NCBI GenBank assembly: GCA_965215565.1
Contig: CBDCDZ010000004.1
Location: 1,280,001-1,344,000, forward strand
DNA length: 64,000 nt
DNA from: Trueperaceae bacterium
Lineage (GTDB): Bacteria > Deinococcota > Deinococci > Deinococcales > Trueperaceae
Reading direction: 5' to 3'
The notes beneath the pieces were generated by a model, which saw only the letters and a list, made by a program, of their open reading frames with translations, had not been told where the DNA came from and did not search any database. Positions 29,931 to 39,796 of the stretch are shown here, piece after piece. The stretch's first letter is position 1. Each line of letters opens with the position of its first letter. The position numbers and the translations under genes are program-made.

Positions 29931-30604
29931 GTGTTGACTTTCACTTCTAACCTCTCCACAAACCTCTCGTGTGCTTCGCTTTGCAGGGCGTTTTGCAACG
30001 TCGTCATCACCGCTTGCATATCATCCTCGAGTAGCGCATCCACCTGGAGCACCAGCCCCGGAAAGGTGCGACTTTCTAAGGTTCCATCTTGGGGCTCGAG
30101 CCTCACATACCGTCCTTCGTTCAAAACAAACCAGTCAAACGCCCTCTCTTCCACGCGCCACACCAGATACTCTTTCACGGCGTTGCGGCGGTACGCATGA
30201 AGTTTGTCGTGCAAATCGTAGGAGGCGGTGCTTGAAGCGATTTCGACCACCAACTCGGGTGGACCTTCGATATAGTCGTCCGCGCTTACCGAAGAGGTTC
30301 CGCCAACCGCTGGCTCGAGCCTTAGAAGCGCATCGGGTTGGGGTTCGTTGTCCATGTCAAGGCGAACGGTTGCATCATTGCCAAAGGCAACAAAGGGCGT
30401 TTGCAATTTATAGGTTCCTAGCCACATGATGATATTCGCGTGAGGTTCACTATGCTTGTTGAAACGAACAGGAGACGGCATGTAGACAACCCCTTCGATG
30501 AGTTCGGCTTTTTCAAGGCGCGGCATAGCGTGGTAGCGCCGCTCGAACTCCGCACGGGTGAGCCTGTCGCCGTTCGCCAGTATGGGAATATTTGCTACGA
30601 CCAT
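29927..30604 (-). CDS. Uma2-family PD-(D/E)xK endonuclease, antisense inside the operon
   Basis: LANGDRLTR.EFERRY, ELIEG.V, EPQPD, PELVVEI.SS, EYLVW. Confidence 0.92.
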   Translation of the reverse strand: MVVANIPILANGDRLTRAEFERRYHAMPRLEKAELIEGVVYMPSPVRFNKHSEPHANIIMWLGTYKLQTPFVAFGNDATVRLDMDNEPQPDALLRLEPAVGGTSSVSADDYIEGPPELVVEIASSTASYDLHDKLHAYRRNAVKEYLVWRVEERAFDWFVLNEGRYVRLEPQDGTLESRTFPGLVLQVDALLEDDMQAVMTTLQNALQSEAHERFVERLEVKVNT

Positions 30605-30644
30605 GTACGTATTTTACGACATTTCGAATCTATGAGGTATCCGC

Positions 30645-31439
30645 TTGATTGCCACTAAACCCAAGAAAGACGTTCAAACTGTCATCAGTATCCGCGACCT
30701 CAACATGGTTTATACAGGGCGCGGTACGGAAACCGTCGCGCTCAAAAACGCGAACTTAGAAATCAAAGAGGGCGAATTCATCTCGCTGATTGGTCCGTCG
30801 GGCTGTGGAAAGACAACGCTTCTGCGCCTCATCGCTGACCTCATCCAGCCGACTTCGGGCGAGATTACGGTGGCGGACAAAACGCCGAGAGAAGCGCGGG
30901 AAAGTCGCGAATACGGTTACGTCTTCCAAGCCCCGGTGCTCTACGACTGGCGCACGGTGCTCAAAAATGTGACGTTACCGCTCGAGATTATGAACTTCTC
31001 CAAAGCGGAGCGCAAAGAGCGGGCGGCGAACCTCTTAGAAATGGTGGGTCTCCAAGACTTCCACAACCAATACCCCTGGCAGCTTTCGGGCGGGATGCAG
31101 CAGCGCGTTTCGATTGCTCGGGCGCTCGCCTTTGACCCCAAACTCCTCTTGATGGATGAACCGTTTGGCGCGTTAGACGAAATCACCAGGGAGCAGATGA
31201 ACCATGAACTCTTAACCATCTGGCAGGAGACGAAAAAGACCGTCGTCTTCGTCACCCACTCCATCGCCGAAGCCGTCTTCCTCTCCTCGCGCATCATCGT
31301 GATGACGCCGCGCCCCGGTAAGATTGAAAAGGTCATCCCGGTAGACTTGCCTTATCCGCGTGATAACGATACGCGGGAGTCAAAAGCGTTTTTTGACCTG
31401 GCGACTGAGGTGCGCGAATCGCTCCGAGGGGTTCACTGA
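30645..31439 (+). CDS. ABC transporter ATP-binding protein (NitT/TauT family)
   Basis: GPSGCGKTT, LSGGMQQR, MDEPFGALDEITR, VTHS. Confidence 0.95.
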   Translation: MIATKPKKDVQTVISIRDLNMVYTGRGTETVALKNANLEIKEGEFISLIGPSGCGKTTLLRLIADLIQPTSGEITVADKTPREARESREYGYVFQAPVLYDWRTVLKNVTLPLEIMNFSKAERKERAANLLEMVGLQDFHNQYPWQLSGGMQQRVSIARALAFDPKLLLMDEPFGALDEITREQMNHELLTIWQETKKTVVFVTHSIAEAVFLSSRIIVMTPRPGKIEKVIPVDLPYPRDNDTRESKAFFDLATEVRESLRGVH

Positions 31440-32806
31440 TGCAGGGGAAGAGGTCAGCGGAGGCTCGAGAAGACACTTTTCTCACCTCTCTCTTCAACCT
31501 TCTTCCTTCGTTCAAATCTTACCTCCCCGTTCTCACCGTCCTCGCGCTGCTCATCCTCTTAGGCTATCCGCTCGCGCTCGTATTTGGGCTACCGCTCGCC
31601 TACCGCGACATGCAAGACATCAGGAAATGGGAGAAGGAGACCGTTACACAGAATCAATCTCTTCAGGGAGAAGTCAATGGTGAAAACCGCGTCTTCACTT
31701 TTCCTGCTGACAACCTTGTAGAAAACGACGGAGACCGCACGCTGTTTGTGGGCAATACACTCCTCGAGTACGACAACGAACGACCCGAAGAGCGGGTAGA
31801 TGGCGAAACGCGCACCTTTACCTTTGAGAGTGAAGCGGGACTCGTGACGTTGGACGGAAGGTTGATGGAAGAAGGCGAGGACTTCTCTCGAGCCGGAAAC
31901 ACCCTCACCTTTTCACGTGCGCCGCCGCGCAACGCGCAGCTTAGGCAGTATCCAGACTACGCGGTGACGAACCCGGCGGAGGGAGAGGTCACGTTGGCGG
32001 GGGCTCCAGCGGTGGGCTCGAGCCTCACCACTACGAACTACACTTTCTACGCGAGACCGAGTTGTGGGGATAATGTGCTCGAGTGCTTCTTCGCGCTGCC
32101 GCAGCACCCCGTCCCTTTCCCTCATTGGATTGCGGCGGGCGTCGCACCCTTTTTCAGTAAATATCCTTTTACGGACGAACGCAACGTTGTAAGAGCGACG
32201 CTTTATACGGCGCTGGGGACATTGGCGGCGTTGGCGTTGGGTGGAGCGGTTGGGATTGTTCTCGCGGTGCTCTTTGTATTGCTGAGGCCGCTCGAGCGTG
32301 CTCTCCTCCCTTGGGTCATCGCCTCGCAGACCGTCCCCATCATCGCGCTCGTGCCCGTGCTGCTCCTCGTGTTGGGCAACTTCGGCATTACCATTCAGAC
32401 GAGTATTCTGCCGACTGCGATCATCGGCGCGTACATCGCATTCTTTCCCGTCGTCGTCGGAACGGTAAAAGGTTTGCGTTCGGTGGACCCACTCGCTTTA
32501 GACCTCATGCGCTCCTATGCCGCCTCGCCGCGTCAAGTTTTTATGAAAGTGCGCTTTCCCGCTGCTGCGCCCTTCTTCTTTACCTCTCTCAAGTTGGGGA
32601 CCGCCGCCGCGCTTGTCGGCGCACTCGTCGCGGAGACCGAATCGAACAATCGGCGCGGGTTGGGCTTTCAAATTTTGGGTCAAGTTCAGTCGGGCAACGT
32701 CGCGGACGTGTGGATTTTGCTCCTTATCTCGGCGCTTCTGGGTGTTGGACTGGTGGCGCTTGTCGGCTTGGTGCAGCGATTGATTGCACCCTGGGAGCGG
32801 ACGTGA
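31439..32806 (+). CDS. ABC permease (NitT/TauT) with large extracytoplasmic insert
   Basis: C-terminal SQTVPIIAL.P, FFPV..GL, RFP...P.FF..LK, ALVAE. About 170 aa soluble insert after the N-terminal TM segment. Confidence 0.85.
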   Translation: MQGKRSAEAREDTFLTSLFNLLPSFKSYLPVLTVLALLILLGYPLALVFGLPLAYRDMQDIRKWEKETVTQNQSLQGEVNGENRVFTFPADNLVENDGDRTLFVGNTLLEYDNERPEERVDGETRTFTFESEAGLVTLDGRLMEEGEDFSRAGNTLTFSRAPPRNAQLRQYPDYAVTNPAEGEVTLAGAPAVGSSLTTTNYTFYARPSCGDNVLECFFALPQHPVPFPHWIAAGVAPFFSKYPFTDERNVVRATLYTALGTLAALALGGAVGIVLAVLFVLLRPLERALLPWVIASQTVPIIALVPVLLLVLGNFGITIQTSILPTAIIGAYIAFFPVVVGTVKGLRSVDPLALDLMRSYAASPRQVFMKVRFPAAAPFFFTSLKLGTAAALVGALVAETESNNRRGLGFQILGQVQSGNVADVWILLLISALLGVGLVALVGLVQRLIAPWERT

Positions 32807-33918
32807 CCTCTTCCGTAAAGCCGATTTGGACGGCGCTCGCCGCGTCACTTATTGTGCTCATTGGACTCTTCGGACCTCTTAGCAGTGAGGTGAGTGCGTT
32901 CAGCGTCACGCTGCTCGTTCTCGGACTTCTCTCGCTCACCAGCGCAATAGTTGGACGCTTCTGGTTCGCGGTTACGCTCGTGCCCAGCGGACTTCTCGGT
33001 GCATTCGTTACCGTTCTCTCGCTCATGCAAGCAGGCGGTGAAGGTGCGTGGGGTTTCTGGTCACTCCTCTGGGGCTTCCTCTTCGTCGCCATATTCGGTG
33101 TCGGGCGGGTCAGTACGGATGAGACGACCTCTTCCCTCGAGACCCGCTTCAAGACACTTCTACCTTCCGCCTCCGTCCCCTTCTTGTTCCTCCTCGTCTG
33201 GCAGGGTTTAGTCATCGGTTACGGCGTGCCGAAAGGCATATTTCCCAGCGTCGTGGACGTGTGGCGCTCACTCGCGGCGTCGTTCAACGTGCTCCTCTCG
33301 GACGCTTACGTGACCTTTATTAAAGAGGTCTTGCTCGGTTCCTTAATCGGACTCACGGCAGGCTTTCTAGCAGGCGTCGGCATCGCTTTTAGCACCTTTT
33401 TGCGACGCGGCTTTTTACCTCTGGCGGCGGCGTTTGGCGCTGTGCCTATCGTCGGGCTCGCGCCTGTGTTGGGGCGGGCGTTCGGGGTGGATTGGGAGTC
33501 GAAAGCGGCGGTCGTCGTTATCGTGACCTTTTTTCCAGTCGTACTCAACACGGTGCAGGGGCTCGTGTCGGTGGACGCTTTGAAGCTCGAGCTTCTCCGC
33601 GCCTACGCCGCCACGCCAAGAGAAGTGTTCTTCAAACTCCGCTTGCCGAACGCGCTCCCTTACCTCTTCAACGCGCTCAAGCTCGCCGCCGTTCTAGCCG
33701 TCATCAGCGTCATCGTTGCCGAGTTTTTAATTCCGGGTCCGCCCGAGGGGTTGGGACAGCGGATTTCACTTTCAGCAAGACGCGGCGCGTACGACGTGGT
33801 GTTTGCGGCGATTTTGGTCTCGAGCGTCATCTCTATTGCCATCTATGGAGCGCTCGCTTGGTTAGAAAGACGCCTGACGGGTTGGCATCCGTCGTTCAGG
33901 GAAGGGGGACAGAAGTAG
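32803..33918 (+). CDS. ABC permease (NitT/TauT)
   Basis: VPIVGLAP, FFPVVLNT..GL, LRLPNALPYLF.ALK, IVAEF. GTG overlaps the upstream stop. Confidence 0.9.
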   Translation: MTSSVKPIWTALAASLIVLIGLFGPLSSEVSAFSVTLLVLGLLSLTSAIVGRFWFAVTLVPSGLLGAFVTVLSLMQAGGEGAWGFWSLLWGFLFVAIFGVGRVSTDETTSSLETRFKTLLPSASVPFLFLLVWQGLVIGYGVPKGIFPSVVDVWRSLAASFNVLLSDAYVTFIKEVLLGSLIGLTAGFLAGVGIAFSTFLRRGFLPLAAAFGAVPIVGLAPVLGRAFGVDWESKAAVVVIVTFFPVVLNTVQGLVSVDALKLELLRAYAATPREVFFKLRLPNALPYLFNALKLAAVLAVISVIVAEFLIPGPPEGLGQRISLSARRGAYDVVFAAILVSSVISIAIYGALAWLERRLTGWHPSFREGGQK

Positions 33919-33990
33919 GAAGCAAGAAGTAAGAAGTTGGAATTTGATCATCAAAGCACCTCTTTCGCGTCATCTCACTGGAGGAAACAC

Positions 33991-35040
33991 ATGAAAAGAA
34001 TTTTGTTCACCCTTGCCGCGCTTCTCTTCTCCACCACCTTTGCCCAAGACCTCATCCCCGTGACCTTTCAGTCGAAGTGGTTTCCGCAGGCGCAGTTTGC
34101 GGGCTACTTCGTAGCGATTGACCAGGGGTTTTATGAAGAGGAAGGCTTGGAGGTCACGGTCTTGGACGGCGGCAACGTCAACCCGACGGTGCAAGTTGCC
34201 TCGGGCAACGCCGACTTCGGGACGGACTGGATTGCGAACATGTTGGTGCAGCGCGAGCAAGGTCTCGAAGTGGTCCAAATCGCGCAGATTTATCAGGACT
34301 CGGGCTACCGGATGGTCGCGCTGCAAGACTCGGGCATCGAGACGTTTACTGATCTAGCAGGTCGGCGTGTGGGTGTGTGGGGCTTCGGCAACGAGTTCGT
34401 TGCGCAAGCCGCTTTTGACGTGGAGGGCTTGACCAGTGACCTTGACCCGACGACGAGCAACCCGGACGTGAACGCGGTTATCTACGCCTTCGACCCCGCG
34501 CTCGTCTTTCCCAACGAAGTCGAGGTGGCGTCCGTCATGACCTACAACGAACTCAACCAGGTTGTCGGGCTAGGCTACGAACTGGACGGTTTGAACATCT
34601 TGGACCCTGCCGACATTGACGCGGAGCTGTTAGAAGACCTCATCTTCACGACGCCAGAACTTTTGGAGACCGAAGACTTCAAAGGCTCGGGCGTCTCAGG
34701 GCAAGAGGTCGCGGAGCGGTTCTTGCGGGCGACGATTCGCGGCTGGGAATACGCGGTGGAGAATCCGGCGGAAGCCGTTGAAATCGTGCTCGGTTACTGC
34801 GGCGATACGTGTGCGGGGTCGGGGAGCACCTCGAGACCCGAAATCCACCAGTCCTGGCAGATGGACCAAGTTGCGCAACTCGTCAGACCGAGTGAGGATA
34901 CCGAAATCGGTGCGCTCAGCGAAGAGGCGTTTAATGAGTCGGTTGAGCTACTTGTCCGAGTCGGCTTGATTAACGAAGCGCTCTCCTATGACGAGATTGT
35001 AGACCCTAGCGTCTACGAGGCGGTGAGCGGCGCAGAGTAG
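33991..35040 (+). CDS. ABC substrate-binding protein (NMT1/THI5-like), probably pyrimidine
   Basis: Signal peptide, KW.PQAQFAGY.VA, MTYNE. RBS GGAGG. Confidence 0.9.
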   Translation: MKRILFTLAALLFSTTFAQDLIPVTFQSKWFPQAQFAGYFVAIDQGFYEEEGLEVTVLDGGNVNPTVQVASGNADFGTDWIANMLVQREQGLEVVQIAQIYQDSGYRMVALQDSGIETFTDLAGRRVGVWGFGNEFVAQAAFDVEGLTSDLDPTTSNPDVNAVIYAFDPALVFPNEVEVASVMTYNELNQVVGLGYELDGLNILDPADIDAELLEDLIFTTPELLETEDFKGSGVSGQEVAERFLRATIRGWEYAVENPAEAVEIVLGYCGDTCAGSGSTSRPEIHQSWQMDQVAQLVRPSEDTEIGALSEEAFNESVELLVRVGLINEALSYDEIVDPSVYEAVSGAE

Positions 35041-35137
35041 GCAGCGCAGACGGTTGAGGCGTACACTGGGTGTGCGCCTTACTTTTATCTTGAACGTGGA
35101 GAAGAACATAGAGACGCTCGAGCCAAAGGAGAGCACG

Positions 35138-36445
35138 ATGATTTCCACCAAGGACCGCACCCAAGAACTCCTAGACCGCCAAAAAGACTACCTCTTCCCC
35201 ATTCAGAGCAAAATGCTCCTCTACGGCGACGAACCCTTAGCCGTCTCGCACGCCAAAGACCAATTTGTGTGGGACGTGGAGGGCAACAAATATCTCGACT
35301 TCTTCGGCGGCATCCTCACGGTCTCGGTAGGTCACGCCAACGAAGAGGTCACAGCGGCGGTCATCGAGCAACTTCTCCGCGTGCAGCACACCTCGACGCT
35401 CTACATCAACGAAATCACCATTAAAGTGGCGGAGAAGATCGCCAAGCTCACGCCCGGACGCTTGCAGCACTGCTTCTTCACGAGCAGCGGCACGGAAGCG
35501 GACGAAACTGCGATTTTGGCGGCGCGGATGTACACGGGCAACACCGATATCATCGCGCTAAGGCACGCCTACAGCGGGCGCTCAGCGAGCATGATGAGCA
35601 TGACCGCGCACGGCACCTGGCGCTTGGGCGGCGTGTTCGACGGTGCGATTAAGCACGTCAAGAACCCTTATGTTTACCGGATGCCCGCAGGGATGAACGA
35701 GGAGCAGTTTTTAGACTTCTTAGTAGATGACCTTAAAGAGATGATTGCGACGTGCACGAGCGGTAAAATTGCGGCGTTCATGGCGGAGCCGATTCAGGGC
35801 GTGGGCGGCTTTGTGGTTGCGCCGCAGGATTACTTTCAGCGCATCCTACCTGTGGTGAGAGAGGCGGGCGGGCTGCTCATTATAGACGAGGTGCAAACAG
35901 GTTGGGGGCGTACAGGTAAGTACATGTGCGGCATCGAGCATTGGGGCGTCGAGCCCGACATCATGACCTTTGCGAAAGGGATCGCCAACGGTGCGCCGGT
36001 GGGTTGCACGATTGCGACGCCCGAAGTGGCGGAAGCGGTGAATGGTCTCACCCTAGCGACGTTTGGTGGCAACCCGGTAGCGATGGCGCAGGCGTGCGCA
36101 ACGATTGAATATATCGAAGAAAACAGGCTCTGGGAAAACGCAGAGGTGCAAGGGGCGAAGCTGCGTGAACGCATGGAGGAGATGCAGAGCCGCTATCCCT
36201 TCTTGGGCGACGTGCGCGGGATGGGGCTCATGCAAGCCTTTGAAATTGTCAAGCCGGATGGGAAGGAGCCGGATAGTGCGCGGACGGCGGCGCTGGTGAA
36301 TGCGGCGCGGAAGCAGGGGCTGTTAATTGGTAAAGGCGGACTTTACAGCAACGTGATTCGGATTGCGCCGCATCTCAATGTTTCAGATAAAGACATGGAC
36401 AAGGGTTGTGAGTTGATGGAGGCGGCGCTTGAAGAGGTGGTGTAA
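35138..36445 (+). CDS. Class III aminotransferase (AGXT2-like, probable beta-alanine transaminase)
   Basis: YLDFFGGI, SGTEADE, AEPIQGVGG, DEVQTGWGRTG, AKGIANG, TFGGNP. Operon context. Confidence 0.88.
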   Translation: MISTKDRTQELLDRQKDYLFPIQSKMLLYGDEPLAVSHAKDQFVWDVEGNKYLDFFGGILTVSVGHANEEVTAAVIEQLLRVQHTSTLYINEITIKVAEKIAKLTPGRLQHCFFTSSGTEADETAILAARMYTGNTDIIALRHAYSGRSASMMSMTAHGTWRLGGVFDGAIKHVKNPYVYRMPAGMNEEQFLDFLVDDLKEMIATCTSGKIAAFMAEPIQGVGGFVVAPQDYFQRILPVVREAGGLLIIDEVQTGWGRTGKYMCGIEHWGVEPDIMTFAKGIANGAPVGCTIATPEVAEAVNGLTLATFGGNPVAMAQACATIEYIEENRLWENAEVQGAKLRERMEEMQSRYPFLGDVRGMGLMQAFEIVKPDGKEPDSARTAALVNAARKQGLLIGKGGLYSNVIRIAPHLNVSDKDMDKGCELMEAALEEVV

Positions 36446-36475
36446 GGGGTAGGGGCTTAGGCGAGGCTTGAGCCC

Positions 36476-36706
36476 CTAAGCCGCTCTTAAAAGCACCTCT
36501 TGAACACTAAGCGGAAGCTCAACGCTCATAAAGTACGCTTTAGGATAGAGGTAATCCTCGCTTGACTCATCAACCATGCGCAGGAGCTGATGCTTCGCAG
36601 CTTCATCGTCGGGAAGGCGCTGATAAATTTTGCGAACCTCGAGCGACGCAGAGTAGCCTTAGTTCTGAATACAGATCACAAATGCTGTTTCGGTCTCTAA
36701 TTTCAT
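36476..36706 (-). pseudogene. Small conserved hypothetical gene with internal stop
   Basis: Reads MKLETETAFVICIQN*GYSASLEVRKIYQRLPD...VDESSEDYLYP with TAA at 36659-36661. Confidence 0.6.
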
Positions 36707-36720
36707 CTCTACAGTTTAAT

Positions 36721-36945
36721 CTAAAAAGCGTTTGATCTTAAAAGCACCCCTTCAGACCATTCTAGCGCTTCCGCTTCACGCGCCCCGTCCTCAGCCATCT
36801 GTTTATAAGCTGCGTCCAAGTCACTAAATAGAACGTGAGGGCGCACCAAAGATTCGGTAAACTGACCTATCTTGCCTTGACCTACCTGAGCGTAGAGACC
36901 TTCGTAAACCTGTTCATCAATCGTAATCGTCAGCTTCTTTTGCAT
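36721..36945 (-). CDS. Putative addiction-module antitoxin (orphan)
   Basis: KKLTITIDEQVY, LVRPHV, LDAAY..MA.D..RE.EALEW pattern. TAGAAT 6 nt upstream of ATG. Confidence 0.65.
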   Translation of the reverse strand: MQKKLTITIDEQVYEGLYAQVGQGKIGQFTESLVRPHVLFSDLDAAYKQMAEDGAREAEALEWSEGVLLRSNAF

Positions 36946-37094
36946 ATACGTATTCTACACGCACCGCTCTGTTTCATCACGTTTTGGTTTAACCCTAGAC
37001 AACCTGTTAGACTACACTGCTTTGCCCTATGTGGCGTAAAGGTAGACTTTATAGAATGAGTGAAGACGAAAGTATCGGGAAGTCAGGAGAAGAG

Positions 37095-38627
37095 ATGCAA
37101 ACAGAGATATTAGAACGGCAAGATGTAAGCGCCAAGTTCAAGGTGGACGTGCCCGCCGAAGAGGTCAATAAGGCGTACAGCACCATCCTTCGCAGCTTAG
37201 CACGGCAGGTCAAGGTGCCTGGCTTTCGCCCCGGCAAAGCGCCTAGAGGTGTGATCGAGGCGCGGGTCGGTAAGGACGCCGTCGCGCAAGAGGTCCGCGA
37301 CGCTCTAGTTGAGACCTACTATCCGCAAGCGGCGCAGGAGCTAGAACTGAACCCCGTCAGCGCCAACTTCCACGCGCATGAGCCTGTCGAAAACGAGGAC
37401 TACACGTTCGAAGTTGAGGTCGAACTCTATCCCGAGGTGACGCTGCCCAAGATTGAGGACATCGTCATCGACACGGAGGGCGTGCCCGTCACCGACGAGA
37501 TGGTCGCGGAGACAGTCGAGAATTTGCAGAGCGAAAACGCGACGCTCGTCCCGGTAGAGCGTCCTGCTGAAGCGGGCGACTATCTAACCGTCGAATCGCT
37601 CGGTGAAACCGCAGGCTCCACCATGCCGATTGACTTAGAGCGCGTGGGCGACACCCTCGCGGAGCAGTTCTACGGCAAGTTGATCGGCGACGAAGTTGCC
37701 TTGAAGTTGGACGTGCCGACGCCGCCTGAGATGGAAGAGGACGAAGAGGGCGTAGCGGAAGGTGAGTCCGAAGAGGATGCACAAGAGGTTGCGGCGGATT
37801 CGGGTCAAGACCTCTCGGAAGCTGAAGGCTCGAGCGAAGACGCCCAAACCGAAGAAGTCACGGAGGAGACCGAAGAGGATGCGGACGAACTCACCGTCCT
37901 CAACGTCGTTATTCGCGACATCAAAGCCAAAGAGAAGCCCGAGCCCGACAACGAGTTCGCGCAGACGCTCGGCTTTGGTACCTGGGAAGAAGCCGAGGCG
38001 CAAATTCGCAGGAGCCTCCAGGCGCAGATGGACCAAGAGATTTTCTCTGAGCAGCAAGAGGAGTTTATCGGCAAACTCGTTGAGGAGACCGAGCTTAGCC
38101 TCCCGCAGAGTTTAGTCAACCGCCGCAAGCGCAACCTCTTGGAGAATTTGGCGCAGGATTTGCAGGGGCGCGGCATGAACATGCAGACATATTTACAGAG
38201 CCTGGAGGAGGCCGACAAGCGCCAGGAGTTCGAGGACGAGTTGGACGAAGCGGCGACGACGGGCGTGAAGCGTGACTTGGTGCTGGAAAAGCTCCTAGAG
38301 GTGCGCGGCACGCAAGTCACGAGCGAAGAGCTAGACGCCGCGCTGACCTACATGGCGCAGCGCCAGCAGAGCAACGTCGCGAAGCTCAGGCAGGAACTCG
38401 GGCGCGAAGGAGTGGAGAACTACCGCTTCTTGCTCGCGCGGGACAAAGCGGTGCGCGAGAGCGTGCGCGAGCTTTTAGGCGAAGAGTCCGAGGACGAGGC
38501 GCTGCCGGGTGAATCAGAAGACACCGAGACCGCCGCGGCGAGCGCGGACGCGGATACAGAGACAGCGGAGGCGGACGTGAATGCGAATGAATCTACCGAG
38601 CCTCGAGCCGCTGAATCTACCGAGTAG
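37095..38627 (+). CDS. tig: Trigger factor
   Basis: VPGFRPGKAP ribosome-binding motif. Lies upstream of clpPX. Confidence 0.95.
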   Translation: MQTEILERQDVSAKFKVDVPAEEVNKAYSTILRSLARQVKVPGFRPGKAPRGVIEARVGKDAVAQEVRDALVETYYPQAAQELELNPVSANFHAHEPVENEDYTFEVEVELYPEVTLPKIEDIVIDTEGVPVTDEMVAETVENLQSENATLVPVERPAEAGDYLTVESLGETAGSTMPIDLERVGDTLAEQFYGKLIGDEVALKLDVPTPPEMEEDEEGVAEGESEEDAQEVAADSGQDLSEAEGSSEDAQTEEVTEETEEDADELTVLNVVIRDIKAKEKPEPDNEFAQTLGFGTWEEAEAQIRRSLQAQMDQEIFSEQQEEFIGKLVEETELSLPQSLVNRRKRNLLENLAQDLQGRGMNMQTYLQSLEEADKRQEFEDELDEAATTGVKRDLVLEKLLEVRGTQVTSEELDAALTYMAQRQQSNVAKLRQELGREGVENYRFLLARDKAVRESVRELLGEESEDEALPGESEDTETAAASADADTETAEADVNANESTEPRAAESTE

Positions 38628-38782
38628 GTGCAGCTCTCAAAACCGCTGAGCTTATGTCACGCAGATATTATCCTCGAACGTGTGGGCTAAAGGATGGTCT
38701 ACCTGAGTGAGAGCGTCTCTTCGCCTAGCGGGCCAGTGGGAGCTTTGCGGCTGCGGTCCACGCGACAGTAACTCCGTACGCC

Positions 38783-38893
38783 TAGCACTTCCAAAACATA
38801 CTGAGACGGAGCGCCGCAGATATCATCTCCGAATGTGCGCGATAGACAGCGTTTTTTACAGTGAGAGCGTCTCAAACCAGATGATACCTGCTA
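38783..38893. repeat. MITE-like repeat, short copy
   Basis: TAGCACTTCCAAAACATACTGAGAC...GTGAGAGCGTCTCAAACCAGATGATACCTGCTA. Confidence 0.88.
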
Positions 38894-38987
38894 ACCGTAA
38901 CCAGACAACACCTGCTGTCTCTTACGTGACCCTGATAACGGCAACGGAACGCAGGGACGTGAATACTAACAATAGTGATATTTTATA

Positions 38988-39156
38988 TAGCGAGTACGCT
39001 TGGAGCCGAAACGGTTATCATTCACCATGAGACCGAAATGACACTTTCTGCAAGCTGCGTAGCAGACGAAGTTTTGGCAACGCCAAAGGTTTTACCTGAA
39101 GTGCGCGCTATATACCTTATCGACTCGTATCGTCCCCAACTAAACGATACCTGCTA
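38988..39156. repeat. Degenerate MITE-like copy directly upstream of clpP
   Basis: TAGCGAGTA...GATACCTGCTA ends. Contains GAAGTTTTGGCAACGCCAAAGGT, also at 59235-59257. Confidence 0.65.
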
Positions 39157-39171
39157 CAGAAGGAGCGATTT

Positions 39172-39795
39172 ATGTCCCTAGTCCCCTACGTCATCGAGCA
39201 GACCGGGCGCGGCGAGCGCATGTATGACGTCTACAGCCGCCTCATGAAAGAGCGCATCATCTTTCTAGGCACGCCCATTAACTCCGAAGTTGCCAACGTC
39301 ATCGTCGCGCAGCTTCTCCTCTTAGACGCGCAAAACCCCGAGCAAGACATTCAGATTTACATCAACTCGCCCGGCGGCGAGGTCTACGCGGGCCTCGCAA
39401 TCTACGACACCATGCAGCTCGTCTCCGCGCCGATCAGCACCATCTGCGTGGGCATCGCCATGTCGATGGGCTCCGTGATTCTCATGGCGGGCGAGAAGGG
39501 CAAGCGCTTGGCGCTGCCGAACTCGAGGGTCATGATCCACCAGGGCTCGTCGGGCTTTCGCGGCAACACCCCGGACGTCGAGGTGCAAGCCAACGAAATC
39601 CTCTTCTTGCGCGACACGATGCTGAACCTCTACGAGGAGCACACGGGGCTCGACAAGGAAAAGATCAAAAAGGACATGGAGCGCGACTACTTCATGTCGC
39701 CGGGCGAGGCGAAAGACTACGGGCTTATAGACCGCGTCGTCTCGCCGCGTGAAAACGTGCGCATCGGCGCGAGTCAGCTCAGTGAGGACGAATAG
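39172..39795 (+). CDS. clpP: ATP-dependent Clp protease proteolytic subunit
   Basis: YDVYSRL, YINSPGG, AMSMG, MIHQ, ERDYFMS. Confidence 0.97.
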   Translation: MSLVPYVIEQTGRGERMYDVYSRLMKERIIFLGTPINSEVANVIVAQLLLLDAQNPEQDIQIYINSPGGEVYAGLAIYDTMQLVSAPISTICVGIAMSMGSVILMAGEKGKRLALPNSRVMIHQGSSGFRGNTPDVEVQANEILFLRDTMLNLYEEHTGLDKEKIKKDMERDYFMSPGEAKDYGLIDRVVSPRENVRIGASQLSEDE

Positions 39796-39796
39796 G

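Noticed and set aside
32311..32802. Long N-terminal extensions of ORFs 32311, 5878, 60953 and 62296
   Set aside because: They overlap upstream genes in another frame. Coupled GTG/ATG starts at 32803, 6004, 61019 and 62338 fit better.
38707..39181. ORFs 38707-39030 and 38975-39181 (also 3145-3336, 59302-59616, 59360-59569)
   Set aside because: They are read through MITE copies. The recurring IIWFET / NQMIPA peptides simply reflect the repeat terminus.
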